DNA of 63,868 nucleotides from Octopus bimaculoides. Its lineage: Eukaryota. This document shows positions 13,936-25,940 of this stretch, one piece after another. Under the pieces are notes generated by a model. It made no database searches, had not been told where the DNA came from, and saw only the letters and a program-made list of their open reading frames with translations. The stretch's first letter is position 1. Each line of letters begins with the position of its first letter. The position numbers and the translations under genes were made by a program. The stretch spans positions 64,667,874 through 64,731,741 of the forward strand of contig NC_068981.1 of NCBI RefSeq assembly GCF_001194135.2, written 5' to 3'.

Positions 13936-14292
13936 AATATATATAGAGATATAGATATAGATATATATACACATATACATATATATATATATATACATAT
14001 ATATATAGATTTGTGCATATATATATATATANNNNNNNNNNNNNNNNNNNNNNNNNNNNNNNNNNNNNNNNNNNNNNNNNNNNNNNNNNNNNNNNNNNNN
14101 NNNNNNNNNNNNNNNNNNNNNNNNNNNNNNNNNNNNNNNNNNNNNNNNNNNNNNNNNNNNNNNNNNNNNNNNNNNNNNNNNNNNNNNNNNNNNNNNNNNN
14201 NNNNNNNNNNNNNNNNNNNNNNNNNNNNNNNNNNNNNNNNNNNNNNNNNNNNNNNNNNNNNNNNNNNNNNNNNNNNNNNNNNNNNNNNNNNN

Positions 14293-15438
14293 AATTAAGG
14301 CAACCGACCTTTCGGTCTTTAATAACTATCAATAAATGTGATAAGAAATGAAAATTATACATCATTATAAAGGCTAAGTGTGTCTTCTTTTTCTTTCAGA
14401 CTAAATAAATTCAGATGATAGCTATAGACCAAAATACAATCACAGCCCTCCTCAAAGGAGGCGAAAGTAATACAGCTATAGCAAAAGAGCTTAAAATTAA
14501 CCGAACAATAGTCTGGGAAATTATTAAGAAATTTCAAGAGACTGGTTCTACCACTGATCGACCTGGACGTGGCCGAAAATGAAGTGTGCGGACCCTTCAG
14601 TTTATCAGAAGTACCAGAGAAAAGATACGTCAGAAAATCAGCTGCCACAGAAAAATAAGCCGAGCATAGATGTATCGAGTTCTAAAGGAGGATATCAGAA
14701 CCTACACCTACAAGGTAATTTGTTGTCATGCGCTCACGCTAGATTATAAGTCCATCAGACTGGGGAAAATCGCCTTATCCTGCGTCAGATTGCTGAAGGC
14801 ACGCTGCCCAACCTGGTGTCTACTCATGAAAAGAAATTAGACGTCGAACAGACAATAAGCCATCAGATTGACCGACTTTGGTGTGTATGTGGCTCCATCG
14901 TAAATCGAGGTCAAAATCTACAGTCAGTTATGGTTTGGGTAGCTATGACAGTCACCGGAAAGTCTCCCCTCGTTTTTGTTCCCAAGCTGAACTGTTTCCA
15001 TGGGTGAATAAGCACTTTCAAGGCGCATCTTCGAGCCTCCATCAGGACTTGGCACGATCTCACAGTTCGAGACAGACACAATGGATTCAGAAAAATATTC
15101 CGTCGTTCAAAGGCAAGGATGTATGGCCCTCAAGAAGCCCCAATCTGAACACGTTGGATTTTTTCTGTTTGGTCCATTTTAGAGACGAGGGTCTCAAACA
15201 CTCCTCAAGCTTCGTCCGACGCTGTGAATGCAAAACTGCACCACAGATGGGCTTTGATTCTGCAAGAACAGCTGTGTGTCGCATGTGAAGCATTCGCACC
15301 TAGACTTAACGCTGTGATTCGAAACAGAGGTGGTCATATCAAATAAATGCGGCAGTGTCATAATTGGACCTAAAATATAACAATATTTTGCTTTGGCAAA
15401 ATTCAAAAAGGTTAGTTGCTTTAATTTGGGACACTATG
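14293..15438 (+). mobile_element. Decayed Tc1/mariner transposon, maT (DD37D)-like, with TIRs
   Basis: Has an HTH region (AIAKELKINRTIVWEIIKKFQETGSTTDRPGRGRK) and catalytic motifs STHEKK (from FSDEK), SVMVWVAMTVTGKSPLVFV, HQDLARSH and WPSRSPNLNTLDF. The left TIR aattaaggcaaccgacctt (14293, running into the gap) matches the reverse complement of the right end aaggttagttgctttaatttgggacactatg, which is followed by TA at 15439-15440. Confidence 0.9.
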
Positions 15439-16445
15439 TATGTAGATATTTATATCTAGATACATATATATATATATATATATATGTATATGCATAATGT
15501 GTATGTATGTATGTATGTATGTATTATGTATATGTCCTTTTGATTCACAACGATATATTTTTATAATAGTCTCTGCATCTCTTTTTTTTTTAACAGATTC
15601 AGATAATCTCGAGAGCATTCGGCTTGTTTCGGAACTCTGTTAAGAGAGTAATTCTTTTTATTTTTTTCCTTATCACTTCAACTGCTAAACATATTTGTCA
15701 CGAGCAATACAAATCACATGAATGTCATTTCTACTTTATCACATTACATCGTATAAATGGCTAAGATTTCCAACCACACACGCACAGAATTGCACACGTA
15801 CGCGCGCGCACGCAGACACACGCACACACACACACACACAAATACCGAAATATTCCCCGGAGGAACACATAATTGAATAAATAAAGGAATTAAATAAGAA
15901 ATATAATCAATAATAATTATAGAAAAAAATGTTATGCAAAAAAAAATGTTTATTGTTATTTTTTCGAAATCTGCTATTAAGTTCAAATGTCGTCTGCTCA
16001 TCCAGTTGAAGTTAAAGTAACTTTACAAGATGTCGACCGTTAGCTTTCATTAAGTAGCATTTGTTTTTGTTTGTTTTTCATCCATTTATTAAATTATTTA
16101 TATTTGTTGTCAATTGAACATCAGATCCTGCTATATATTTCTCTCTATTAACCTTCTCTCTCACTTCACATCTCTTTGAAAGAAAAAAAAAGAAAGAAAC
16201 AGACCAATGACAGACAAAAACGAAATATGAATCTTGTTCGTAACAAGGAAGCTGAAATCTTTACACTTTCATATCTGCATGTCCAACTACGTGATTTGAG
16301 ACAGTGAAGCATGCTTTACAAAACCTGTGCGTGCTACTTCGAATGTAACTGGGACTTTTGACGGCTGGAGCGCTATGGTTCACATCACCGTGTATACGAG
16401 GTGCGTAAACGCAAACGCATGCACATGCGCTATGCACACATACAA

Positions 16446-16568
<123 letters not shown>

Positions 16569-16799
16569 TATTTATAAACATAACTATATACGCGTGTGTG
16601 ACTGTGTTAGATGTGTTTTCATGCATTAAATACTTGTAATATCATTATAAAATTTTATGTATATACAAGCATATATCTGCGTACAGATATCTGTGTATGT
16701 CTGTCAGTATGCCTATATAAGAGTATGTAAATATCCGTATATAACTCACACAAACACATGCACATGGGTACGCCCGAACACATACGTATATATATTTTT

Positions 16800-16846
<47 letters not shown>

Positions 16847-17716
16847 CATACATACATACATGTATACACACACAGATACACACATACATACATACATTCA
16901 TACATACGTATGTACATACATACATTTATATGTTGATACATAGAGATATACGTATACACATACACACACATATACGTATATATACATAATGCATAACTAG
17001 ATATTGTTGTGTGTGCGTGTATGTGTGAGTGTGTGAATGCGTGTGCATGTGTGAGTGTGTGTACGTGTGTGTGCTTGCTTGTGTGTGAGCGAAGACACTG
17101 CAATAATGACCCCAAAGGAAGACAAGAAGCGATTGTGCGACTGTGATCAACTTCGGTCGTAACGCTTCGACTTGTTCGCGCCCGCCTGCAAACGCGTCTG
17201 TCGGAAGCGCTTCGACGTCGTCCCAAAGCTCTGAGCAAACACACTCGCGCGTGCGCAGATAGCAAAGATTAGCTTAAACATTTGCGTCTCTTTACATTCA
17301 ATCGTGTGCTGGGTCTGGTGGCGTACGTGTCATTTGGTGAACAAGCGAAGTTTTTTCGTTTTGTCTTTTTTATTCCGGACACTCAACCCATACTTCGCTT
17401 AGAGAAAGCAGAGTTGCAAACGTTTATCTCAGCGCTTGCCTTTTATAAATTTTTCTTCCATTTTTGTTTGTTTTACTTACAGATATTTTCGTGTTTTATT
17501 GTTATTAGTATTAGTATTTTTCTTGTTGTTATTGTTGTTACTCTATCTCGATTCTTCGATTTTAGTTATGATATTTTTTATGTGTGTCTTCTTTAATCAG
17601 TTCTGAAATAGAATTAAACAGCCACAAATGAGTTCTACTTTGGCACATGTGATGATTGGCCATCAGAACTTAATAACAGAAATTAGAATCGTTAGACTGT
17701 TGGTTATCTGACTAGA

Positions 17717-17757
17717 CGACTGGCTGGCTGGCTGGCTGGATAGATAGATAGATAGAT

Positions 17758-17845
<88 letters not shown>

Positions 17846-17987
17846 ATTGATTGATTGATTGATTGACTGAGGGATCGATGGATAGCTGATAGATGGTATG
17901 GATGAATGGATGGGTAGACAGACAGGCATATAAACAGACAGACAGACAGACAGACATATAGATTGATAAACAGACAGACAGACAGAC

Positions 17988-18041
<54 letters not shown>

Positions 18042-18200
18042 TAGGCGGGATGAATAGAAAGATAGATGGATTTTATGGCTGGGTGGTTGTTTGAATGGTT
18101 AGTCAGACGAATGGTTGACTTGTTGGTTGAATGTGAGGCTGAATGGCTAGCTTGCTGGCTTTCCGGCTGGAGGGATTGATAGATGAACGAATGTCTGTAT
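17717..18200. repeat. Compound tetranucleotide/dinucleotide array
   Basis: Successive blocks (GCTG)(GATA)(TA)(GA)(GATT)(GATG)(GACA)(GATA) read directly from the sequence. Confidence 0.95.
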
Positions 18201-18678
18201 GCATAGATAAATGGATGCTTGGGTAGATTGGTCCGTCTCTTGCTTGTACGGATGGACGCAGTACTGCACCGTAGACAGCTGGTAAATCGTTCTACTACTA
18301 GCAGTAGTAGTAGTAGACAACTGGATTTTGTTGCTGTTGTCGCAGCTGGTGTTTTGCCCCTTGATCGAGAAGCACTCGTGATCAAATGCACTCTGTCCAT
18401 GACCATCACATCATTTTCCTGTGTGTGGGATAAAGACAGTTCTGTCCCACATTATCCAACGCGCATTTCTTTTATATGCCAAGGTGTGATTTGAAGATTT
18501 AGCTGCTCGGTCTAGCAGAAGCCTCCTCGTTGTATTGCTGCTGTAGTTAATAATGGGGGGGGGGGCTGTTGTTGCCACTGGTAGTAGTGGTGGTGGGTGT
18601 GGTGATAATAGATTTTTCGTAGTAGAACGGTATTAGCATCTGTTCTTTGGTTATTTTGTATGTTTTAGTCAAGAGAGA

Positions 18679-18924
18679 TCTTTCTTTCTCGAGTCGTACA
18701 GACCAATAGAACCGGTTTCCCAGTTTCTACGGTGTATATATATTCCCCTGCTGGACGGGACGCCGGTCCGTAGTAAGATTACTCATTTTTGCTCCAGCTG
18801 AGTGTACTAGACCAATGTAAAATGAAGTGTTTCATTTAAGAACACAACGCATCGCCCGGTCTAGGAATCGAAACCGCAATCTTATGGTCATGAGTCCAAC
18901 ACCCTAACTACTTAGCCAACACTC
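18679..18924 (-). mobile_element. SINE family C copy (tRNA-like head)
   Basis: On the minus strand: A-box-like tggctaagtag, B-box-like gtttcgattcc, then gatgcgttgtgttctt..acacttcatttt. Homologous to 35222-35468, 59000-59221 and 62590-62812. Confidence 0.88.
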
Positions 18925-19067
18925 TAACTTCTTGAGCCGCACACAAGAGAGTAGTTTATCCCCATACCCGTTACAAGATCTCTGAGGCTCGTAAGAGGGA
19001 AAAAGTAAAGTGCATTCACACCAGAGACCTGGTCCGAATGGTTGCAACAGACTGAGGTCCTCTAAAG

Positions 19068-19585
19068 CAGTGCTGGTCCGCGGACTGGTGCCGGTCCGTA
19101 AGCGATCGGCTACCAGTACGCGGCGAGTTTCCAGAAAAGAAACATTATAAAATGCTTATAAAATACTTATGTAATATTGTATTATTTGTTTATAAAATGA
19201 ATATAAGATTAAAAAAATTGTCAACTTTTATTATATTCATCATATATATTTTATATATACACAGATGCAGCACAGAATCTTGTCAGTGAACAGGTCGCAG
19301 TCGCAAAGCGACGAAAATATTTTGACAAATTAAATTTAAATGTTGAAGTGAATCTAACGGCTTTTGTGTTTTATTTTAAATGGCTTATAAACACCTTCCA
19401 CGCTGCAATTGTTTTCGTTCCAGCACACGATCTCAGATCAGGTCACTTGCTATGCAAGTACATCTCCGTAATTATATATATTTTTTCCGGTATAAATTAA
19501 TATTACTGAGAAATATTACCGGTCCCTGACACATTGGGAAAAAAAAACTTCCGGTACGCCACATCAGATAGTTTGAGAAGCACTG
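19068..19585. mobile_element. hAT (Buster/Charlie-type) MITE, 518 bp
   Basis: Ends cagtgc...gcactg, and the right end reads cagtgcttctcaaact on the minus strand. Flanked by an 8-bp TSD ctctaaag (19060-19067) / ctctaaaa (19586-19593) with the central TA typical of Buster-type hATs. Subterminal tggtccgcggactggtgccggtccg. Confidence 0.88.
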
Positions 19586-20047
19586 CTCTAAAACATCTTG
19601 AATGCCAGATGGTGGGGTTAAACTGAACAAGGAATTTAATCTACGGTCCATGTAGGCGGCCACTGTGGGATTTGAACTCAGAATGCAAAAAGTCGAAACA
19701 AAAACTAAGAGACATCCGCTAAGACGCTCTTACATTTCCGCCAAATCACCTCCCAAAATTGGTACTTTTTTATCGATGAAAGGCAAAGTTTGACTTCGGC
19801 AGGGATTGAACTCAGAATGCAGAGGGAAAGAACAAAGACTATGTGGCAGTCTATGCGACGTTCTATTGACTCTGCAAATTCGACTTTTGTTTTTGTTTTC
19901 TTTGTTATTGCTCAGGCAAAGGAGGAATTGCTTTCCCCCACGATCCAATTCAAGGCCTTCACGACTGAGGCGAATCGAATAATATATCCTCAGTCGAACA
20001 CCCAATGGACGTCTGTAAAATCACCCAATCTTTATCTTTTGATATAT

Positions 20048-20468
20048 CATTTACTTGTTTCAGTTATTGAACTGTGGTCAAGCTGGGGCACCGCCTTGAA
20101 CGGTTTAGTACTTATTTTAACAGAATCATTTTCCGAACCGCTAAGTTACAGGAACGAAAAGAAACCAACGAGCAATAGTAGAGACAAACACAATCACACA
20201 CACTCATACACAGATACACACATATAGATACATACATCCATACGTACATACATACACGCATACATACATACATACATACATAAATACATACATACGTACA
20301 TACATATAAACGACGGGGTTTCACACATTCTCCACCTACTACATTCATTGACAAAGCACAGGTTGGCCCGGGGCTATAAGAAAAGACTCTTGCCCAAAGC
20401 GTAACACTGAGAATGAAACCGAAACCACGCGGTTACCAAGCAAGATTCTTAACCACGCAACCACGCCT
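20048..20468 (-). mobile_element. SINE family B copy (diverged) with internal (TATG)n
   Basis: Head aggcgtggttgcgtggttaagaatcttgcttggtaacc, core tttgggcaagagtctt, internal microsatellite, tail tgaaacaagtaaa. Confidence 0.85.
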
Positions 20469-20855
20469 CTTTGATTATATTAAAACGGGCGACGAGCCAC
20501 GTTTACTAACCAAGAACAGGAACGGTCCATTCAACTGAGTTCCAAACAGTTTTCGTCTACAAAGTTTCATTTACAATGCTTTGATGGACCAGGGTGCAGT
20601 GCAATAAATTTGAACCTGAAATCATGTAGACATGAAACGAAGTTCTTAACCATACAGCTATGTCTTCACCCAAAGTCTGACATAATTAGTGTTATTACCT
20701 ACAACTGTTGTTGTTTTTCTATCTGCTGATGTTGTTGTTGTTGATAGTAGTTTGACAATAGTAGTGATAGTGGTGGTGGTGGTGGTGGTGGTCGCAGAAG
20801 TGACAGTATTGTTAGTGTAGGTAGTAGTTTCCTGATGACGATAATATTGATAATA

Positions 20856-21091
20856 CTTATTTTTTTATTGCCCATAAGGGGCTAAGCATAGAAGGGACAA
20901 AGAAGGACAGACAAAGAGATTAAGTTGATTGCATCGACCCCAGTGCGTAACTGGTAGTTATTTAATCGACCCCGAAAGGATGAAAGGCAAAGTTGAACCC
21001 GGTGGCATCTGAACTCAGAACGTAAAGACAGACGAAATGCCGCAAAGCATTTCGCCCGGTGCGGTAACGACTCTGCCAGTTCGCCGCCTTA
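20856..21091 (-). mobile_element. SINE family A copy, tail type i
   Basis: The reverse complement runs taaggcggcgaactggcagagtcg...tttgtctgtccttctttgtcccttctatgcttagccccttatgggcaataaaaaaataag. Confidence 0.93.
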
Positions 21092-21304
21092 GTATATAAT
21101 AATTGATAATATTGTACGTAATGGTAGTATATGTGGTAGTATTGATTGCTGTGGTTTCGGTAATAGTGGTGGTAGGTGATGGTGGTGCTGGTGGTGCTGG
21201 TACTTGTAGTAGCACACTTGTAATTTATCATTGTTGTATTACTGGTGCTAGCTGTGGTGATCGAGGTATATATTCATAGTTGCTGGTCTTACTGACGTTT
21301 GGAT

Positions 21305-21540
21305 TAAGGCGTCGAGCTGGCAGAAACGTTAGCACATCGGGCGAAATGTTTAGCGGTATTTCGTCTGCCGTTACGTTCTGAGTTCAAATTCCGCCGGGGT
21401 CGACTTTGCTTTTCATTTTTTCGGGGTCGATTAAAGAAGTACCAGTTACACACTGGGTTCGGTATAATAGACTTAATCCGTTTGTCTGTCCTTGTTTGTG
21501 CCCTCTGTGTGTAGCCCCTTCTGGTCAGTAAAGAAATAAG
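21305..21540 (+). mobile_element. SINE family A copy, tail type i
   Basis: taaggcgtcgagctggcagaaacgttagc...tttgtctgtccttgtttgtgccctctgtgtgtagccccttctggtcagtaaagaaataag. Confidence 0.95.
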
Positions 21541-21715
21541 AAACGTTAGCACGTCGGGCGAAATGCTTAGCAGTATTCCCTCTGTCTTTACCTTCAGAGT
21601 TCAAATTCCGCCGAGGTCGACTTTGCTTTTCATCCTTTCGAGTTCGATAAATTAAGTACCAGTTGCGTACTAGGTCGATCTAATCGACAGCCCCCCACCC
21701 CCCACCCCGCAAAAA
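21540..21715 (+). mobile_element. 5'-truncated SINE family A copy, tail type ii, abutting the previous copy
   Basis: Begins gaaacgttagcacgtcgggcgaaatgcttagc directly after the preceding tail and ends aaatttccggcctagtgcctag. Confidence 0.9.
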
Positions 21716-23377
21716 AAAATTTCCGGCCTAGTGCCTAGAGTAGAAATAATTATTGATGCCTGGATTGGTATTGGCATTGTTGTTGTTGTTGATGGTGGTG
21801 GTGGTGGTGATGGTGGTTGTGGTGACGGTGGTGCTGCTGGTGGTAAAGGTGGTGGTAGTAGTGTTGATAGTGGTGATGATGGTGGTGGTGGTGGACAAGC
21901 CGGTGGTAGTAATAGTGATGATGGTGATGATAATAGTGTTGATGGTGGGTTGGTGGTGGTTCGAGCAGTGATGGTGGTGGGGCTGTAATGGTGGTGGTAG
22001 TGGTGGTGATAGTGGTGGAGATACTTGTGATGGTGATGATTGTGGTGGTTGTGGTGGTGTTGATGGTGGTGGTGGTTGTGGTGTTAGTAGTAATGGTGGT
22101 TGTGGTGGTTGTGATGGTGGGGATAATTTCCAGTGTTAGTGGTAGTGGTAGTAGTCGTGGTATTGGTCTAGGTGATAGTGGTAGCAGCAATAATAGTAGT
22201 AGTGGGGGAAGCGATGGAGATGGTGGTGATGGTGATGGTAGTAGTGGTGGTGCAGGAATTGTTGGTTGCTTGTGTTAGTGCTAACGCTTCTGTTGGTTTT
22301 TCGTTCTATTAGCGGTAATGGTAGCAAGGCTTGTAATCGTGAAGTTGGTGGTAATGGCTGTAGTGTTGGTAGAGGCGGTGGTGGTGGTGGTGGCTGCGGT
22401 GGTGGTGGTGGTAGCGGTGGTTGGGTATGGTGGTGGCATTCGTTGTGGTGGAATAACTTGTTTATGTGCGTAAGGAAGTGACGTGTCGTGATGTCAGTGT
22501 CTAAGACAACAAACAAACGCAGCCATGTTTTTTTCTTTGTTTAAGATGGCGGTGGCGGAAACGATCAATGATGAACGCTACATTTGCTCTCCATAGCAAT
22601 TGAATTTAGATCGGTAATGGCAGACAAATTAGTTTATGAGGCATTCCTAACTCACTCACTGACTGACTGAGCGTGGCTGACGTTGGCTTGAGTGTGTGTC
22701 GGGTAAGATTGTTTTTCGGTGTCCACGGTGGCGGTGACGATGCGAATGTGAGCGACGGCGCGGTGGTGATGGTGGCCGTGCAGATTACTAAAGATAAGAG
22801 TACGATGTAAACTGCATGTGTGCGCGTGTGTATGTTTATGTTTATATATATGTATATNNNNNNNNNNNNNNNNNNNNNNNNNNNNNNNNNNNNNNNNNNN
22901 NNNNNNNNNNNNNNNNNNNNNNNNNNNNNNNNNNNNNNNNNNNNNNNNNNNNNNNNNNNNNNNNNNNNNNNNNNNNNNNNNNNNNNNNNNNNNNNNNNNN
23001 NNNNNNNNNNNNNNNNNNNNNNNNNNNNNNNNNNNNNNNNNNNNNNNNNNNNNNNNNNNNNNNNNNNNNNNNNNNNNNNNNNNNNNNNNNNNNNNNNNNN
23101 NNNNNNNNNNNNNNNNNNNNNNNNNNNNNNNNNNNNNNNNNNNNNNNNNNNNNNNNNNNNNNNNNNNNNNNNNNNNNNNNNNNNNNNNNNNNNNNNNNNN
23201 NNNNNNNNNNNNNNNNNNNNNNNNNNNNNNNNNNNNNNNNNNNNNNNNNNNNNNNNNNNNNNNNNNNNNNNNNNNNNNNNNNNNNNNNNNNNNNNNNNNN
23301 NNNNNNNNNNNNNNNNNNNNNNNNNNNNNNNNNNNNNNNNNNNNNNNNNNNNNNNNNNNNNNNNNNNNNNNNNNNNN

Positions 23378-23408
<31 letters not shown>

Positions 23409-23857
23409 CATATATATATGAAGAGAACAGTGAAACAAAGTCTAAGAAGAAAGGTGATTGTTTCAATTCTGTGACGGGTGACTTTTGTAGTCATTCATAA
23501 TTTTGCGCTGTTGATGCTATTGTTGTTGTTGTTGTTGTTTTTGTTGTTACTGCTGCTGCTTTTGTTGTTGTTGTTGTTGTTGTTGTTGTTTTCTGATGGT
23601 TGTATTGTTGTTAGTGATGCTAATATTTACATTGTTGTCGACGACGTCCTGGTCATTGCGTTTTGTTTTTCATATTTGTTTGTTTTCTTTGCTCTTTTGA
23701 ATACTATTACTGTTATTGTTGATGTTGTTGTTGATGTCGTCCTAACTGCTGTTGATGTTGTCCATTTCTGCAATGTTTAATTAATTAATTGGCGCTAATA
23801 CCACCAATCGGGGTTGGCAAGCGCTAAACTGGAGCACAAACAACTTGCCATTTTGTT

Positions 23858-23913
<56 letters not shown>

Positions 23914-23915
23914 AA

Positions 23916-23950
<35 letters not shown>

Positions 23951-24328
23951 GAGAGAAAGAGAGAGGAAGAGTGTGTGCTCAAGCGTGTGTGTTCGTGTGT
24001 GTGTGTCTGTATGTGTGTGTGTAAGCGAAGGAGTGAAACAGACAGAGGCAAACTTAGCAGAAAGAGAAGTGTCTGAACAGAAATACGTCGATTATAGAGA
24101 ACTTGAGAACTCATAGTAGAATGTTTAACAATATATAGGATCCTATATATATATATATTTCTATGTCGACATATGACTGTATATGCGCATGTATATATGT
24201 GCATGAGTGTGTGTGTGCGTGTATGTGTGTGTGTGTGTGCGTGCATGTTTGTGAGTGTGTGTGTCTAAGCAGTGAAGCTTTTCTCAAATGGTATGTGAAT
24301 GCAATATATGTATGTATATATATGTGTG

Positions 24329-24362
<34 letters not shown>

Positions 24363-24366
24363 ATAT

Positions 24367-24425
<59 letters not shown>

Positions 24426-24489
24426 AAATGATATATGAGCATATGCATGGATACATACATATATCTACATACCTACATCTACATGAATA

Positions 24490-24745
24490 TATAGGTGCAT
24501 ATCCGGGTACAGGACGTCAAAAAAAGTGGACAAAAAAGGAACGGGAATTTAAACAAAGCACAAGAAACAGACTTTTCTTACGGATAACAGAATGAACACA
24601 TAGGAAAACAGACAAGCCACTTATGGAACTTTTCCTTCATCAGCTGCCTCTATTCTGAACTAGGAGTTTCGAAGATGAGGCAGAACGCGCTCTTAGAATA
24701 GCTCTTCCCACGAAGTGGATTAATCTGCTAAGCGGAGGATTCCAT
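24490..24745 (-). mobile_element. Possible Penelope-type pLTR/3' relic with a degenerate hammerhead-like motif
   Basis: The minus strand carries CTGATGA-A-GGAA-aag-TTCC-ataa (24643-24621), followed by a T-rich tract. The family assignment is an inference. Confidence 0.35.
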
Positions 24746-24886
24746 ATATATACATATATATATATATACAATATATATACATATATATACATACATACAC
24801 ATACACATATATATACATACATACATATATATATACATACATACATATATATACATATATACACATATATACACATACACATATAT

Positions 24887-24976
<90 letters not shown>

Positions 24977-25891
24977 ATATATACACACACATATATATAT
25001 ACACATACATATATATGTGTATATACACATATATATATGTACACATACATATACATATATACACATTGAGCACAATAAATGCCCTAAATGAAGAATTCGG
25101 AGTTCAAGTTGAAATTCCATCCGAGCACTATTATATGTGTTCTATACTGAGCGTATCTAGCTCTCACTTGTATGTGAATGTGTGTGTGAGTGTATGTGTG
25201 TGTGTGTGTGTGCGTGTGTGTGTGTGTGTGTGCGTGTGCGCGCTTGTGTTTGCGTGTGTCTATGTATGTTATGTGTGTTATATATGTATGTATTTCAAAC
25301 ATTGTTGCGTAACAGTATAATCATTGGCATATATTACAGAATAACATATTAATATTATTGAACCATATTCAGGCTCCCTCGTAGAATTTCGCACGGAAAT
25401 ACGTTTTAAATGTATTTGATGAATATCTATAATTATATGACTCTTCTTCCGTGATTTTAATTTTAAATCTAATTCCTCGGACAATTTGACATAGAGGATC
25501 TATACCCAAGCGGATTTAATTTCTAATAAATCTCATGTTCTATTTTACGTCAGCTACGAGTATAAATAACCGAGTAAAGTTGAGTCAAATACCTTTCTAC
25601 AAATTGCTGATCTGGAGATAGATGTGTATGTATATTTATGTGCTTTTCTTTCTCAGGAAAATAAATGTGCGTCTAAGGTAACGAAAGAAAAATATCACTT
25701 CGGTGATTTTCGGTGTATTCCATTTACATTGTATATTTTTTGTTAGCGTTACCCTTATTCATGTCTATTGACTCGTTTGTAGATTTTGCACAGAAATACA
25801 TTAATCGCTTATTGGACGAATATTCATATAAACGCGTATATGTTTGTCTGCCTGCACAGACAGACAGACAGATAGACAGATAGATATAGAC

Positions 25892-25940
<49 letters not shown>

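Larger units (their letters stand above)
20700..22450. repeat. Cryptic (GGT/GAT/GTT/AGT)n triplet domain, interrupted by SINEs
   Basis: A mosaic of G/T-rich triplets. It produces the poly-V/G/H/T ORFs on both strands. Confidence 0.9.
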
